DNA from: Macrostomum lignano
Taxonomy: Eukaryota
Direction of reading: 5' to 3'
DNA: 64,000 nucleotides
Assembly: GCA_002269645.1 (NCBI GenBank)
Contig: NIVC01000112.1
Location: 268,520-332,519 of the forward strand
Shown: positions 34,831 to 46,800 of the stretch, piece by piece
Layout of the letters: each line of letters opens with the position of its first letter
How positions within the stretch are numbered: position 1 is the first letter of the stretch
The notes under the pieces: model-generated
Told to the model about the DNA's origin: nothing
Databases searched by the model: none
Seen by the model: the letters and a program-made list of their open reading frames with translations, nothing else
Program-made: the position numbers and the translations under genes

Positions 34831-37800
34831 TTAAGCAGAATTCTGACCCATCTGTTGACTGCGAGTGACAGACAAGTTCAGTTTGCGCTGCGTCAGCTCC
34901 GACTTCATTGTCCGCAGCTCCGACTCGGCCTGGGTTCTCAGCTGGAGTGCGGAGGGTGTTAAATCGACTAACTCTTCGAAACCGAAAAATAACTAAGTAG
35001 GCAAAAATCGGATGCTTGTAGGCTTCAATACCTCTGCGTTCTCGCGCAGGCAAAGCAAAACAACCAAGTTAGCAAAAAACACGCTGACCAAAAATCACGC
35101 CCTTTTTAATTATTATTTAACGTGGGGTGGGGTTAGCAAATCGAGGGGGGTTGGCTCATGTACATTAAATAAAGAGCAAATACATGTACAATTAAATAAG
35201 TAAAACCCCAAAAATATGACAAAAAATGAACCTCCAGAACATTCCCCCCTTCCTGATTGGGGCCAATCAGCAAAAAAGCAGAAAAAAAAATTGCCTCCTT
35301 GAAACTTACGTGCAATTAATTGAAACGGTTGCAAGCATAATTCGAAAAAACAGTAAACTCCTGTAAACAAAAAAATAAATCGCGCGAAATCAGAAATTAA
35401 CATTAAGAACGCATGCAATGTGAAGTGTCAATTGGGATCAAAAGATAGTGTGCCAAATATAAACCTTTGCAATCGCTAGCCAACACAAAAAATCTCTGCT
35501 AAGAAACGAACACAAACGAACTCAAAGATGCTCAAACGATAATTAGTGAAATAACACGGGATGAAAAATGTCTTGAAAACTTAAATAATCCCTACTGTAA
35601 ACATATGAAAAATATCAAAGCACAAAAACTGCCAAAAGAACTCGCATTCAAGCAAGCAACAGGTCTTTTTACTCAGAATAAAAAAACACAAAATACGCAA
35701 AAATAAGCAATCCATCACCACTTCAGCTATTAGGAGCAAAAAACGGCAAATAATGACACGAAAAAGATAAATAATTCCAAACACCATAAACTAGCCGTCA
35801 AAAAACTACATATTTGAAAAGTTTTGTTTAGCAATAAGTCAACAGTCACTATTCACCTCGCTGCAGCACACACAACTTCGTCACGGGTCGCAGCACTGTC
35901 CCACCGCCAGTCCGCACCTTGGCCACGCGCACATGGCCGTCTCGTCCAGGAAATACCTCGAGAACTCGCCCGAGCGGCCAGTGTCCTCGAGGCGCATCCG
36001 CTCGTAGCGCCAAGACGATGTCGCCGACGGCGAGATCCGGCTGCTCCTTGACCCACTTGGATCTGGCGTTGAGTCTTGGCACCCACTCACGCAGCCATCG
36101 GTGCCAGAAGTGCCGCACCAGCTCTTGGACACGTCGCCACCGCCGGCGCGGGTCGCGGCTGACCTCGGTCGAGACTTCCGTAGCAAAGTCACCACCCAGC
36201 TGTCCATGCAAGAAATGGTTTGGCGTCAACGGCGTGTCGTCCTTTGGGCTTGCGGTTTGGTATGTCAGCGGCCTGGAATTGATGAGCGCTTCCGCACCTG
36301 TGAAGGCGGAATGCAGCTCTTCGTCGGTGATGTCAGCGTTGCTAAGGATGGCGCGCACAGCTCGCTTAGCGGCGCGAACCATAACTTCGTGGGCGCCGCC
36401 GAAATGGGGCGCCGACGGAGGCTGGAAGCGCCACTTGATGCCGCGCTCAGCTGCCGCTCTCTGGATTTTGTTCTGCTGCTCGTTTTCGAATTCTCGTAGT
36501 TCTCGCTCGCCTTTGACAAAGTTGCCGCCGTTGTCCGAGTAAACTTCGAGTGGCCGGCCTCTACGGTTGATCATGCGCGCGAAAGCATTCAGAAACGAGT
36601 CAGAATCCAAGCTATACGCCATCTCTAGGTGCACGGCTCTCGTCTCCAAACAGGTGAACAGGGCCAAATACCTCTTCGTTCGCCGTCTTCCGCGTCCTTG
36701 TACCGTTTCAAACGGACCACCGAAGTCGACTGCCACAAAGCTGAACGCTCGGAGAGAGTTCTTCAGCCTGGCCTCTGGCAGCGGCGCCATCTGCTGCACC
36801 TCCGGTCCTGCTTTTTGCCTTCTGCATCGCGCGCACTCCTTCTCCCATTCTCGAATGGCTTCGCGCCCACCGATCACCCAAAACTTCGTCGACATCGCTG
36901 CCAGCGTCTGGTTTGTTCCGCCATGTCCTTGATCTTCGTGATAGTGCTTCACCAACAACTTCGTGACCCAACTTCGCCTCGGCAGAATGACCGGATGCTT
37001 GGACTGATATGACAGATTCTGGTCGAACGTTCAGTCTTCCGTCCACTCGCAGCAGTCCGTCTTCATCAAGAAATGGTTGGAGACAGCGAAGCTGACTGCT
37101 GGAGAAGACTGGCTTTCCCCTACGCACCTGCTGAACTTCTGCTTTGAAAGCTTCTTCCTGAGCCACGCGTAGGATTCGATCCTCAGCTTCTTGCAGCTCC
37201 TCGACCTCGAGGTCACCAAGTCGTCTCTCATCTCGTGGAAGTCGGCAATTACTGATGAAGCGCTGAACCCATGCTGTCACGCTACGCAGCCTGCGGTAGC
37301 TCGAAAATCGCTCTGGATTCAAACGACAATCGTTGTCTGTGGTGTCGTTCGACAACAGAGTTACGGCCGCCGATTTACTACTCTTGCTCGCCTCTCGCCG
37401 AACTTCTTGATCTCCGTCAACCGATGTCGGAACTAGCCTTGCCGGCCAGCCATCCTCATCTAGCAGCAGAAACTCTGGTCCCGCGCTCCAGACCGCTGAT
37501 TGGCAAAGGTCTTTGGCGCTACAGCCTCGCGATACGGCATCAGCGGGGTTCAGATCGGTCGGCACGTGACGCCACTGACAAGTCTTCACCGCCTCCTGAA
37601 TGAACGCAACACGATTTGCTACGAACGGCTTGAAAATTCTACTGCGACCTCGAAGCCACCAGAGCACATTTGCACTGTCACTCCAGAACACCGACTCTCT
37701 CAGGTCTAAATCGAGCGCATCTGCCACCGTCTGGGCAAGTCGCACGCCAAGCACCGCCGCCATGAGCTCGAGTCTGGGGATGCTGCATGCTGCCAATGGA

Positions 37801-40800
37801 GCTACACGTGCTTTTGCGGCTACAAGACGAACACAGATTTCGTCCAGGCTTGTGGCGCTCCTGAGATAGATTACCGCGCCGTAAGCCACCTGAGATGCAT
37901 CCACAAAGACGTGTAGCACTGCCTTTTTGGTAGGATCAGGCCATAGACATCGTGGAATTTTCAGCATGCTCAACTCTTCAATCTCCGCTGCCCATTGCGT
38001 AGCCTTCGCGGCAACTTGCTGGTCCAAGGGCTCATCCCAATCCGCTCCATTCTGCCAAATCTCCTGCAGAAGAATTCGCCCGCGAATTGTAAATGGACTC
38101 AGAAACCCGCATGGGTCGAACACCATCGCAACGCGCTTGAGCAGCTGTCGTTTCGACTCAACGGACACTTCCTTCGCACCTGCATTTCCCGTGATCGCGA
38201 GCATATCATCATTGGCTGTCCAAGTCACTCCCAACGCCTTCGACGTCGCCATTTCTCCACGAAGCACGTGCTGCGCTTTCACCGCTCGATCCTCCGGAGC
38301 TACTGTCTCCAACACCTCAGACGCGTTCGACATCCATTTTCTCGCACGCATGCCGGCTTTTTCCCACAGAGCTGTCAGTTCGCGGCGCAACTGGATAGCT
38401 TCATGGACGCTGTTCACCGAGTCCAAACTGTCGTCCATGTAGGTCGACTTCAGAATGGTTTCTGACGCTCTTGGAAAAGTTTCCTGATGACTCCTAGCAT
38501 GCTCCTGCGACACGAACTGAGCAAGAAACGGCGAACAATTAACTCCAAAAACGACACTCTGAAACTCGAATACCTCAGGTTTGCCCGTTTCGTTCCTGTC
38601 TCGCCACAAAAATCGAAAGTAGCGCCGATCTTCTGGCTTGAGGCGAATTCTAAGGTACATCTCTTCAATGTCGCAAACGATTGCCACTGGACCGCGACGG
38701 AATCGAAGGAGCACTTGAAATAGGTCGTTCTGAAGCTTCGGTCCTGGAAGGATGACGTCATTGAGACTCACTCCTTGGCAGCGCGCGGAAGCGTCAAACA
38801 CGATACGGACTTTGGTGGTGTCCTTGTCTTCTCTGATTACCGGAAAATGCGGCAGGTACCATTCGGTGTTTTGAAGCTCACTGCTGTCTTCGACCTTCTT
38901 GAGATAACCTTTTTCCAACTGGCCTTCCAACACCCCTGATACGCTTTTGGCAATCCTTCACTCCTCTGCAGTCGCTTCTCCGTGCTGATCAGTCTGCGTT
39001 CCGCAGCTTCACGATTGCTCGGCAGAGCACGATTTTGAGACTTCCATGGAATGGCTACCTGATATCTTCCTTCCACCACCGACATCGACTCCTTGACTAC
39101 CGCCACAGCATGCTGCTCATCCGCAGTTAACGTCCCTCTTTCGCGGTTCAGCTCAGCTACATCAGGAACTTCCTCGATCGCCCACAACCTTCGAACCTGA
39201 CTGTCGACCTGATCTTGACACTCGTGGCAGAGGAACGATTCCCCGCTCTTGCTGCTTCCCTCATCCGAACCTAACTGCCCGATGCAGGTCCATCCAATAG
39301 GAGTCAGTCGAGCTATTGGTTCCCCTGGCATTCCACAGACTTCTTTGCAAGCCAGATGCATCTCGGCATTGTCGACACCGATAAGCATGTCAACCGTCTT
39401 CCGGCTTGATGTTGACTCAAACGGAATGCCTCTCAGATGCGCCCAGTGCTCCGCCAGTTGACTCCAATCAACTGCCTTCATTCCGCCGGTTACTTTCTCC
39501 GCTGTGAAAGCAACAATTTTTGTCTCAAACGCTGCATCGACACTCCGGACTGTCACCTCTACAGGCGCTGTTTCAAACGACTCGACTCCTCCGTTGAGCA
39601 CCTTAACGTTTATGCGCTGAAGTTTACCTTCCAGTCCCAGCTCTGCTGCTACGTCCGCATTGAGGTACGTGCGCGTACTCGCATCATCAAGCAACGCGTT
39701 GATCCGAACTTGGCGCTCACCAGCCACCAATATCACCGGCACCGTCCTCAACGCAGTTTCCTTTACGACTTCAGCCAGCATAGTGCGCTCCTTCTTCGTC
39801 GCCGCTGATATGTCCTCCGCGGGTTTTCGTGCCTCTCCTTCGCCGCCTCTCGTCACTGCAGCTGCTGGTTTCGGCTCCCGCTTCTGGTGAAGCATTCGAT
39901 GGTGTTTTCCTTGGCAACCATCTACGCCACAGGTTCTAGACCGCCGACAAGCTAAACCAGAGTGATTGACGCCGAGACAATGAAAGCACAGCTTCTTCTC
40001 ACGAGCAACGGCCCATCGCTTCACTACATCCATCTCCACAAACTTCGGGCACTCCCAGGCGCCATGGCTTCCTTCACAGACACGGCAGTTTTTCTTGCGC
40101 TGCTCATCGGCTCTCGTTGACTCCGCGACAGCGCCAAAATGCGTTCGAGCTGTTTCCGTGCGCTGCATCCCGCTGAATTTCTTACTTTGCTCCATCTTCC
40201 CTGCTCCTGGCCCATTCTGTGCCGCAACTCCATGCACTGCCTCCATAGCAACCGTCTGATACTCAGCCTCCCGCAGCAGCCATTGATGAAGAGCGCTGAG
40301 CGTGTCATTTCTGCCATTCTCCCCGACCCATCGGTGGTACCGTGCCAAGGTGTCAGTCGGCAATTTCTTTTGCACGCGAAGATGAAGCAATCCATTGCTG
40401 TCTAGTTCAGCTTCACGACCCGCCTCCATCAGATTGATAACCGCTACATCCACCAGATCAGCCAGCTTCTTCAACTGAGGCGCACTCTCCGTCACAATGG
40501 GCCGAAAACGGTCCAGGTCCTCCAACACTAGCACCAGCCGGCGCCTCTCTCCTCCATATTCTCTCTCCAACCTATCCAGAGCCGCCTTGTACGCAAATTC
40601 AGAATGCCCTAGGTTGGCTATTAGCTTTAGCGCATCGCCCTGCAGACACTGCCTCAGTTGCAATAGCTTGTACACTCGAGAGGAGGGTGCAGCATCTACA
40701 CACGCGTAAAAGGCCGCCTTCCACCCTTCGTATTGACGCTTATCACCTGAGAAACTGGGAATCGCCACCCGCTGCAATTGCCGCCACATGTCCTGACTGA

Positions 40801-43800
40801 CCTGCCTCTCCGCTTCTTCTCTCACCCTCTGTGTACACTCCTGCTGAACGATTGGCTCTCTGAGTTGCGACTGTACACTGGCTGACTGTGAGGTGGCTGG
40901 CCTGGGTGCAGGGTTTTGGTTTATCGATCGCTCGCCTGACCCCCCTTCGTGGGCAGTCCAATCAGCTTTTTCACTCCTGTCTGGCGCAGCGCTTACACCC
41001 ACCTCAGCCCCAATCGACTGTTCAGCCAAACCTGAACCTGGGCTTGCCCTTTCACACGGGCTCTCTGCCTTAGTGCTGCCAGTAACAATTTTCAGTCGCC
41101 TCAGCTCCTCTGCCAACTGCTCATGCCGTTGTTGATAGTCTCTCTCTAGCTCTCTCTGCACCTCTTCCAACTCCAGCGCTCTGTGCTCTGCGGCTTGCAC
41201 TTTTCGCTGCTCTTCCTCACGCCTCTGCTGTTCTTCAGACTCCGCCAAGCGATCCTGTTCCTCCCTCTCAGCTGCTTCGCTTCTGCTACGATCTTTCCAG
41301 AACTCGGTCATCAGACCCACAGTCTCACCGTAGTCCTTTTCAGCATTCTCCAGCTCCTTGATCGTTTGGCGACGCAGTGGCAGGTCGTTTCCGGCGAGCG
41401 AGCTCCAACAGCTTCTCCAGCTCAGTTGTCACCGCCTCGAATAGCTTCTCCATGAGAGTCGCTTGCTGTTGTACTTCGGCGCCGTCTTGACCACCAGCAG
41501 CGAGTTGTTGTACCAGCCGGTTTCTTCCTTTGGTGAATGCGGCCTTGGCCCTCGTCTTGGCGGCCTTCGCGTCCATCAGCTTGCGTTCTTCCTCGTCAGC
41601 CGGCGGGTAGTTCGACTCGAATTCTTCTCCGTCCTTTTGCATTTTTCAACCACGCTCTGCTACCAGTTGTTAAATCGACTAACTCTTCGAAACCGAAAAA
41701 TAACTAAGTAGGCAAAAATCGGATGCTTGTAGGCTTCAATACCTCTGCGTTCTCGCGCAGGCAAAGCAAAACAACCAAGTTAGCAAAAAACACGCTGACC
41801 AAAAATCACGCCCTTTTTAATTATTATTTAACGTGGGGTGGGGTTAGCAAATCGAGGGGGGTTGGCTCATGTACATTAAATAAAGAGCAAATACATGTAC
41901 AATTAAATAAGTAAAACCCCAAAAATATGACAAAAAATGAACCTCCAGAACAGAGGGAGGGGCGGAAATCACGGAGCTAGCGGTCGAGGTGGTGAGATTG
42001 ATAACTGACAAATTGGCTTGGAAGAGGAGCTCGCTGATTGGTTGAGGCGGTGGCTAATTGGACTGGAAGAGAAGCTCGCTGATTGGTTGAGGCAGTGGCT
42101 AATTGGATTGGAAGAGGAGCTTGCTGATTGGTTGAGGCGGTGGCTAATTGGATTGGAAGAGGAGCTTACTGATTGGTTGAGGCGGTGGCTAATTAGATTG
42201 GAAGAGGAGCTCGCTGATTGGTTAAGGCGGCGAATAATTGGCCTGGAAGAGGAGCTCGCTGATTGGTTGAAGCTGTGAGGCTGATATCTGACTAATTGGT
42301 TTGAAAGTAGCGCATTCCAACTGGTTGAGGGTGAGTTCTAAGAGTTGACAGTTGGTGCGTGTCCTAGTGTCGGGAAAAAAACATGAAATTCCTGTTCACT
42401 TTCAAAGAAACCACCCAGACTTGCCTTGACTTCGGCCGTCAGTTTCATTTTTGAGTCGTCGACTCGGCGTTGGAGCTCCTCGATTTCGTGCTGCATTCTG
42501 GTGGCCTGAATGCGCAGGTTCAGCTGCAAGAGGGTGCGGGCGGGAGTTCGAATCTGCATGGCTTGTACGAGACTACATTACTACCGAGCTTTCCCAGCAG
42601 TGAGGATCTGGGAGGCTGGCCCAGCAACTGAGGATCTGGGAGGCTGGCCCAGCAACTGAGGATCTGGGATCACAAAGCAACGCAGCACCCTTCAAACCTG
42701 CTGGGTAGCGTCGGGAGCATCAACATTGCGGGCCTCCTTGACCCGCGAAGTCATGGTGCCGACCATCCGCTTGTGATAAGCCTCCAGCTCTTCTCGCAGC
42801 TTGTTGGTCTGTTCCTCCAGAGGGACTGTCTGCTTTTTCGCCTCAAAGTAGCGCTTCTTCCACATGTCGCGGGCTGCAGTGTTGAGTGAGCATTAAATGT
42901 GGTAATTTGCCACCAGTATGACTACATGAACACTAATAGTCTGATGATAATTGAATGCTGACACTAAAAATCTAATTATACATGTGAATGAGTGCTGACA
43001 CTAATAGTGTAGTGCTAATTGATTGCTGACACAAAAAATCTAATTATAACTGAGTGGTGACACTAAAAATCTAATTAGAAACGACTGCTGACATAATAGT
43101 CTAATTTTAGCTCCCTGATGACACCAGCCATCGCTCCAGCCTCCCTCACCCTGATTCCGCAGATTCTGCATCCGAGACTGCAGCTGCTTCGCACGCCTCA
43201 TCAAGTCCTCGCGCCGTCGCTCAATCTCCAAGCGGTCGTCGCGAATTTTCTGCAGCAATTGCAGCAACTCTTCTCCTGAGTTAAATCGGGGTGACACTTT
43301 CTTTACTTTCTACTGATAAGTAGGCTACTTAGAATGCGAAAAAAGTGAATAAATTTTGAAATTTGTGAAAAAAGTGAAAGAATAAAATTAAATTTATTAC
43401 GCTCTCGACGAAGCTTCTCTTGAGGGTCTTCCGGTTCCTGATCGTGAATCATAGTTGCCTCCTCAATCAGCAGGTTTGGAATCAGCTGCAAAAAAACAAA
43501 AAACTATTGCTACAAATTTTCCGAGTAGGGAATTAGAGTTTGACTTTGAAGTCACTCACGCTATTGGCGGCATTTTCATCTTCGCGTTCTCGCCGTCTTC
43601 GTTCCTCTTCTTCGGCAAGTCTGCAAAAAACACGGTTGGATAACAGTGGCGCCAAAAGGTGGATAACAGTGGCGCCAAAAGGTGGATAACAGTGGCGCCA
43701 AAAGGTGGATAACAGTGGCGCCAAAAGGTGGATAACAGTGGCGCCAAAGGGTGGTAAACAGTGGCGCCAAAGGGTGGATAACAGTGGCGCCAAAGGGTGG

Positions 43801-46800
43801 TAAACAGTGGCGCCAAAGGGTGGTAAACAGTGGCGCCAAAGGGTGGTAAACAGTGGCACCAAAGGGTGGTAAACAGTGGCGCCAAAGGGTGGTAAACAGT
43901 GGCACCAAAGGGTGGTAAACAGTGGTAAACAGTGGCGCCAAAGGGTGGTAAACAGTGGCACCAAAGGGTGGTAAACAGTGGTAAACAGTGGCGCCAAAGG
44001 GTGGTAAACAGTGGCACCAAAGGGTGGTAAACAGTGGTAAACAGTGGCGCCAAAGGGTGGTAAACAGTGGCGCCAAAGGGTGGTAAACAGTGGCGCCAAA
44101 GGGTGGTAAACAGTGGCGCCAAAGGGTGGTAAACAGTGGCGCCAAAGGGTGGTAAACAGTGGCACCAAAGGGTGGTAAACAGTGGCGCCAAAGCGTGGTA
44201 AACAGTGGCACCAAAGGGTGGTAAACAGTGGTAAACAGTGGCGCCAAAGGGTGGTAAACAGTGGCACCAAAGGGTGGTAAACAGTGGTAAACAGTGGCGC
44301 CAAAGGGTGGTAAACAGTGGCGCCAAAGGGTGGTAAACAGTGACGCCAAAGGGTGGTAAACAGTGGCGCCAAAGGGTGGTAAACAGTGGCGCCAAAGGGT
44401 GGATAACAGTGGCGCCAAAGGGTGGTAAACAGTGGCGCCAAAGGGTGGTAAACAGTGGCGCCAAAGGGTGGTAAACAGTGGCGCCAAAGGGTGGTAAACA
44501 GTGGCGCCAAAGGGTGGTAAACAGTGGCACCAAAGGGTGGTAAACAGTGGTAAACAGTGGCGCCAAAGGGTGGTAAACAGTGGCGCCAAAGGGTAGTAAA
44601 CAGTGGCGCCAAAATGTGGTAAACAGTGGCGCCAAAGGGTAGTAAACAGTGGCGCCAAAGGGTGGTAAACACTCCGTTTCATTTATTCGGAAAGTACATC
44701 TGGTCAAACCCACTCATAGTCCACATTCTCTTTTAGAAGCAATGCTAGACTGCTAGAGACAAAATGCCCGGCTTCTGTCAACAAAGCGAGGCCGAAGTTG
44801 ACTTGCAAATTTTCCAGTTTTTTTAGGCAGCCTCGGCATTTCATTCAGCACAAAATTGTCAGGCAGCGGAGAGAGCACGCCTACTCAGGCAGGCCTCGGC
44901 CCCCACCTGTTCACGCAAGTTCAAACAATCAGTGCTCATTATTGAAGAGAGAGAATGCATGACATGGAGTCGCCATGACAATTTTGTCTGGCCTGCGAGT
45001 CATTTTAGAATGCACCTGGCTTGCTTTTGAGACTGTGAAGAGGGTTTTTGGATCGAGCTGTGTCTCTAATGCAGGTTTTTGCTTTTAAGTATGATAAAGC
45101 TAAGTGCAATATAACCTAGTGTAATCTAGTCTAATCTAATCTGATCTAATCTAATCTAATCTGATCTCATCTTATCTAATGAACTCTAATCTAATCTAAT
45201 CTGATCTCATCTTATCTAATGAAATCTAATCTAATCTAATCTAATCTGATCTCATCTTATCTAATGAAATCTAATCTAATCTAATCTAATCTCATCTCAT
45301 CTAATGAAATCTAATCTAATCCAAGCTGATCTAATCTATTCTTACCTAATCTACTCTCAACTAATCCTTTCTGATCCAATACAATCTAATCTAATCTAAT
45401 CATATTTAGTTATGATCCAATCTAGTCAAGTCTAGTTTAACCCAATATCATCTAATCTACTCTAATATGACCAAATCTAATCTAATATAATTTACTCTCA
45501 TCTAATCCTATCTGATCCAATCTAATATAATCTAATCTAATCATACTCAGTCAAGATCTAATACGCCCAAGTCTATTTTAACCCAATCTCATCTAATATG
45601 ACCAAATCTACTCTAATTTAATCTAATCTAGTTTAGTCTGATCCAATCTAATATAGTCAACTAATCTTACGTCATCTAATCCAATTCAATCTATTGAAAT
45701 CTAATCTAATCTTATCTAATGTATTCTAACCTAATCTAATCTAATGTATTCTAATCTAATCTAATCTAATGAAACGTAATCTAATCTAATTCGAATCTAA
45801 TCTACAAAACTGTCTCACCTGCGGAGTCGTTCCTCCTCCTCCCTGCGCCGCCTCTCCTCCTCCTCTCGCCTTCGTCTCTCCTCATCTTCGGCTCTCCTGT
45901 CGTGAGGAAAATCGGCATTAGCCTCTATAATCATATTTTCGATTTTTTAATTATCATGGCTGCTATAAATTTGTTAAAGTTTAAAGCTCAATTAAATGAT
46001 TGTAAATTTTTAGCGCAATTAAATCTCTGGTGATTATAACAAAGGATGGCATTAGTGTGTCACGTGATGATACAAAGGAGTTAATATTCGGATTGTGTTA
46101 GTTGGTAATCGTGTTAAAATATTAGTTATTAAAACTGTCATCTCTGATTGCCTTCTCTCCAGTTCGGCAAGCCGCCTGGCCTCCTCAGCGAGTCGCCTCA
46201 GCCGCTCTCTGTGCGGGGATCAACGGGGATTTTGTGATAAAGTGGCGTGGGCTGGAGCTGAAATTAATTGTATCATTGATGCGCGGCTTTGAGAAAATAT
46301 CTGATGCCATGTTTATAGGAACGACTGGGGCTAAACAACGTAGTTAAAACAGTTTTAATTCGTGAAATATGAAATAATTAGGGCATTGAGAAAAGCCATT
46401 TTGAAAGATATGTACACTCTACCCTCCCTCCACTGCTCTCCTCTCTTCTCCCCTCCTCTCCCTCCTCTCCTCTCCTCTCCTCTCATCTCCTCTCTTCTCC
46501 TATCCTATCCTCTCCTCTCCTCTCCTATCCTCTCCTCTCCTCTCCTATCCTATCCTCTCTTCTCCTCTCCTATCCTCTCTTCTCCTCTCCTATCCTCTCC
46601 TCTCCTCTCCTCTCTTCTCCTCTCCTCTCCTATCCTCTCCTCTCCTCTCCTCTCCTCTCCTCTCCTCTCCTCTCCTATCCTCTCCTCTCATCTCCTCTCC
46701 TCTCCTATCCTCTCCTCTCATCTCCTCTCTTCTCCTCTCCTCTCCTCTCCTATCCTCTCCTCTCATCTCCTCTCCTCTCCTATCCTCTCCTCTCCTCTCC

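Noticed and set aside
35012-35203. Identical 63-aa ORFs (also 41723-41914)
   Set aside because: Antisense non-ATG frames within the two LTRs; useful only as evidence of LTR identity.
43533-44713. Three parallel 370-385 aa ORFs
   Set aside because: A stop-free 23-bp repeat read in all three frames; intronic.
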